From positions 70,384-134,383 of the forward strand of contig RHPI01000797.1 of the NCBI GenBank assembly GCA_009103225.1: a stretch of DNA of 64,000 bases. Direction: 5' to 3'. Both the position numbers and the translations under genes were made by a program. The DNA comes from Chlorokybus atmophyticus. Its lineage: Eukaryota > Plantae > Mesostigma and Chlorokybus algae. Below the pieces are notes generated by a model. It was not told the DNA's origin. It saw only the letters and a list, made by a program, of their open reading frames with translations, and searched no databases. Shown here one piece after another: positions 59,876-64,000 of this stretch (positions are counted from its first letter, which is position 1; every line of letters begins with the position of its first letter).

Positions 59876-62013
59876 GGGGCGTAGTTAACAAAAAAAGTAG
59901 GCAAGTCGGAAGCACGACACCGCAATCAAGATGCGTACTGAATTTTGGGGCTGACACCAGCCGCCATACTACACACCAAGCAATCTGCTAGAACGTGCCT
60001 GTCTATCTCATTGACTGCGTGGGTGAAGTGGACACTTGACACTAAAAGCAGGTTGTGCCCCGCAAAAGTGTTTTCAGTTCAGCTGCACCTTGTGTTGCTT
60101 GGTTGCTTTGAACCTTACTCCTGCCCACGTAGCGTGACTGCATTGAGGCAGAGTGCCCTGCGCTGTGCCCTTCCGTTTGCACTACCGCAAACTTGGTTGT
60201 GAAGGTACCCGCAGCAGCGTAGACGAGTTTATTGTTACACTTGCCTGGATACGAAGGGGCACAGGTATGCTGTACATGCTCTTGTTTGCCCACTGCCACT
60301 GCCTCAGCACCTTTGCTCTCTGTTTGTTGTTGGTTATTGTGGTGGTCAGCATTGAGGGGCTTTGACCCAGCCTGTGTTCGTAATATCAACTTGTGTCTGC
60401 AGAAGTTGATGTCCCATTCAAATTGCAGCATGCCGATGTTCAAGTGCATTGCGTTTGCGACGCGCATACTGGCCGAACACGAGTGGATGAACTGGTTGAC
60501 ATACACACTGATTAAACCGCCAGCGTGATAGCGTGCACAACACTACTTGTGTCGTGTTTGGTCAGTATGCCACGGGTGTTAGCAACATGCATGTTCTTGC
60601 GAGCAGGCTGGGTTGATGCCGTTGCTGCCGACTGAGAACACATAGCCTTCGAATGCATAATGTGGCATCCGACCCGGGCTGGTTACAAACGCTCTATGTT
60701 GTAAATGTTACACCACCTCGGAGAGTGAGAGCAGTGGCAAAGGACTCTTCCCTCAGCATGCACTTGCAGCAGCAAAGTGAGTACAAAGGTACTTGTACCT
60801 TCATACTCGTTGCAAGTCATTTGATGACTACTAGTCATGTAGTACACGGTTACCTTATGCCTCTAGCCATAAAAACAACATACGGTTGGTTAGAGAGCCT
60901 TCTTTGCAGTGATCAATGCCACATGCATGACACACATTTCAGCAATGTAAGCCGGAGCTTTGTGTTTTTATGCGCTTTTCCTTGGAGTTATGCACGTTAA
61001 TATCAGATGAATCCAATGTTATTGTAATTGCAAGAAAATCCACAATTGAGTTGATATTGAACTATGAGTCATTGTGAAAAGCAAACCATCTTGGCTATAA
61101 ACTGCACGATCATGCCCTCACAGCTGTAAACAACTGCCAAATTCTGTCATGTGTTAAAACATTACAAAATGCGTACAATTAAACCGCGTCAATTTATCAT
61201 GCATATTGTATTGAATGACAGATTTTATATATTTAAAGTTGGGGCAACGACAACTGTAGTGTAACATGTACTAAGATACACTGAGTGTAACATGTAACTT
61301 TAACATATGCCACATTCGCAGTGAGTGCTACAAGTACACTGTAGCCTACACAATGTGATGTATACAGTACTCTACCATGCACACCTATTGTTACATGTGA
61401 TGCGTCGGGTCTGCTAGTCTTCACCTGATCAGCAACAATAATTACTTTGTCACGGAGTGTTCGTGTACCACACGACGTGTAGTGACATGCAATTTCTAAA
61501 ACGGATATTTAGCAGCACGGACTTGTCTCTCACACTAACCTTGCATCAATATTCTTACAAGAAAGCATTAGGGTTTCCTGAATGCAATGCAAGCAACTTC
61601 CCGTATCGCCACGTCTCCTGGGGGCGGCGGCGGCGGCGGTGCCGTCAGCCGGCAGCACAGTGCTTGCCAGTCAGGGGACAACCTCTTGTGGGTCTGGAGC
61701 CGCTACTGCGTTGAACACAAGGACGCTTTTGCTTTTAAGACCGGGGGCCAACCAGGCGCAGCTGGAACAAGGCTGCCCTGATTTGTCTTGTCTGTCTCCG
61801 TCCAGGCTGCTTTGCTTTTCTTTGCTTAGCTTGGGGTTTGGTCTATCAGCAGAGAAAGCATTGCTTGTGTGGTAGGCTGCTGCTGAATAAAGCCTCTATG
61901 GGAGACCGTGCCCGGGAAGGTTGGGCCAGCTGTGCAAGCCAGGGGCAAGCAGGAGTTGTACCCTCTTGATAGGGTCGGCTAGCCTTGTACCAGCTACTTG
62001 TCAACCATCAGCC

Positions 62014-64000
62014 ATGAGTCGGCCAGGGAGGAGGTCCAGGATGTTCCACAAGCTGGAGTACATGCCGGTGGTGGTGGCCTACACCGCCGCCTCGGTGGCG
62101 TCTGTGTCATGGCGGCTTGTGGAGGCGTACAGCGCGGCCGAGCGCAGGCGTTCAGAGGGAGAGGAGGGCCTCTTTGTGCTGGAGACTTTGTTTTCTTCGC
62201 AACTGACACTCTTCCTCATGGCCAACCTTGCAGCTTCTTTCTTCCTGCTCGGCGCCCTCATAACCAAGGCACGTACGCTTTTCGGGTTTTCATGAGCTGA
62301 ACTGCACATGCACAAAGGTGGAAGCATGTATTCTCATGTTACTGCCGCGTTCCCGTTCTGTCTTTTTAGTATTTCGTAGTTTGTTAGAGGATGCATGGAG
62401 CCTGTATGCGGCTTGTTGTGTGGCTTCATAGTCATCATTTGCTCTCAAGCAAGGCATTGCGCAAGTACAGGTACAATACCATTCTGCAGCGCACAGGTGC
62501 TGCAGAGCTGCAGTCTGTAAGAGCGTCCTGCTTGCTATGTTTCTTTGCTTTTGTCAGCACGCTGTAAACTGTTGTTGCATGTGACCACAGAAGGCAGAAG
62601 CTTTGTTGTTTTTGCACGTATGTGCTTTCGTCAATGATCGCTGGTCAATCTCAGGCGGTGTTCCTTGGTAAACTCACGATAGAAGAGTCGCACAAGTTGG
62701 CAGAGCGCTTGATCAATTATGTCCTCTTCAAGGTGAGGTGTTGCACGAATGCTAGGCAAACTGGCATGCGAGCTGCCCAACATGGGTACGAGCTGCATTA
62801 GCACCTAACAAACGCAGTGCTTTCAGATGGTGTTCATGAGCGCAGTGGTTGAAAACTTTGAGCTGCTTGAAGTAATGCTGTGGACTTCATGGTTTTCAGT
62901 CCTCGGGTTCCTGAAGGTAAGATGTTAATGGCTGGCGTCTGCTGCAGTACTATGAGGCTCATGCAAGTCACATTGTCCATGCATGCAGATGTTTGCCGGC
63001 CTGTCTCGGGACCGCTTTGAGCGCCTTTGCGCAGCCCCTGGCGCAACAGTCAGCTCGCACGTGCGCACGCTGGCACTCGTCTCCATTATTTTTGCAGTGA
63101 ACTTGTCTTGGTACGTTGAGCAGGGAGCTGCTGTAACTTTACATGGATGTGACGAAGTAGATGAAAGAGGCAGGCTGCCAAATTGCATGCTAGCATGTTT
63201 GTCTTGAGCTCACACTGAAGTCTGCCTACGGTGTGCAGCGTGTACATGTCCCTTGTTGTATTCTCGGAGCTGGGCTGGAGCAAGCTGCTGTTGCTGCTGT
63301 TTGAAGCCGTCCTTATAGCAATGGATTGCTCTCAGGTGATGCGTTGACACAGGCATGGCGATGGAGTAGACATTTGTTGCGTTGAGCTATAGACTATCGC
63401 TGAAAACGCTTGCTTCATCTGCAGACACTTCTAAGATATGGGCTGCACTTGGCGGAGGCATGGCATATGCGCCCAAACGCTGTCAGCAGTTTGGACTCAG
63501 CTGCAGGTATGGGTTTGAGTCGCCAAGCTGGGCCCACTGCTGCTCATATGCATGATGCAAGCTAGTTGGTGGTTGCAGGTCCCTGGGAGTGGCGTGGAGC
63601 ATTGCTGTTTCACATCGAGTTTGCGGCTGAGGTGTTCACGCTGCTGCTAACGCTCCTGCATTACATGCACATCTGGTGTCTACACGGCATATCATTTCAG
63701 TTGATTGATGCCGTTCTGTTCCTCAACATACGGGTATGTAGCTGAGACAAACCTGTTTGCACATGCCATGTTCGCATGGGCACATACAGCATCAGGAAGC
63801 TGTAGCTTGCACATGAGAAGTTCAGAGCAGCATAACATTGTATGTCTCGTCTGCACAGGCTGTTGTGGGTAGTTTGCGAAGAAGGGTGAAAGGCTTTCTT
63901 AGGTATCGCAAGGCGACTCAGAACTTGCGCAAAGCCTTCCCCGATGCAACCAATGAGCAGCTGCTTGTATTCAACGACGACTGTGCGATATGCAAGGTAC
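62014..64000 (+). CDS. RIN2: RIN2/RIN3-AMFR(gp78)/HRD1-type membrane RING-H2 E3 ubiquitin ligase, 5' part (truncated by window end)
   Basis: Exons give AVFLGKLTIEESHKLAERLINYVLFK, MFAGLSRDRFERL, LLLLFE, WEWRG, LLHYMHIW..HGISFQLIDAVLFLNIR, RYRKATQNLRKAFPDATNEQL..FNDDCAICK (start of RING). The ATG is at 62014 or 62041. Confidence 0.88.

Noticed and set aside
59945-61900. ORFs in the DEG/ENaC-RIN2 intergenic region, including a possible TGA read-through near 61670
   Set aside because: No recognisable motif, ATG context or SECIS-like structure.
10488-64000. A ubiquitin/ERAD gene cluster (OTU-UBC plus RIN2/gp78 E3)
   Set aside because: The genes are about 48 kb apart with many unrelated genes between them, consistent with chance.

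Overview
Intron-rich eukaryotic nuclear DNA, most likely a flagellate green alga. This is inferred from plant-like HDAC, CMC2, RTF1 and RIN2 sequences, TGTAA poly(A)-type signals after several stops, GT-AG introns, the standard genetic code and a CEP350-like centriole gene. Genes assembled by hand from splice sites: class I HDAC (-), DXO/RAI1 decapping nuclease (+), PPC decarboxylase (-), CMC2 (-, 3 exons, not recovered as such by the ORF track), a 13-exon 746-aa OTU-deubiquitinase/E2 (UBC) fusion (+), a small 97-aa protein (-), ATG2 (+), two trypsin-like serine proteases (-), a CEP350-like gene (-), RTF1 (-), a 10-exon DEG/ENaC/ASIC-family channel (+) and the 5' part of a RIN2/gp78-type RING-H2 E3 (+). 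The 20-55 kb region is a duplication mosaic. It holds a tandem copy of [ATG2 3' part + spacer + protease] with a frameshifted ATG2 pseudogene, and an inverted pseudogene copy of RTF1 bracketing the CEP350-like gene. The most notable observations are (1) a DEG/ENaC channel outside animals, (2) a single polypeptide joining an OTU DUB to an active-site-intact E2, (3) a likely bicistronic CMC2-PPCDC unit with a 79-nt spacer, (4) a diverged protease pair inside a younger-looking duplication, and (5) about 39 GATATC palindromes in 6 kb of CEP350-like coding sequence. No database searches were run; all family calls rest on remembered motifs. There are two N gaps (48159-48620, 58281-58570).
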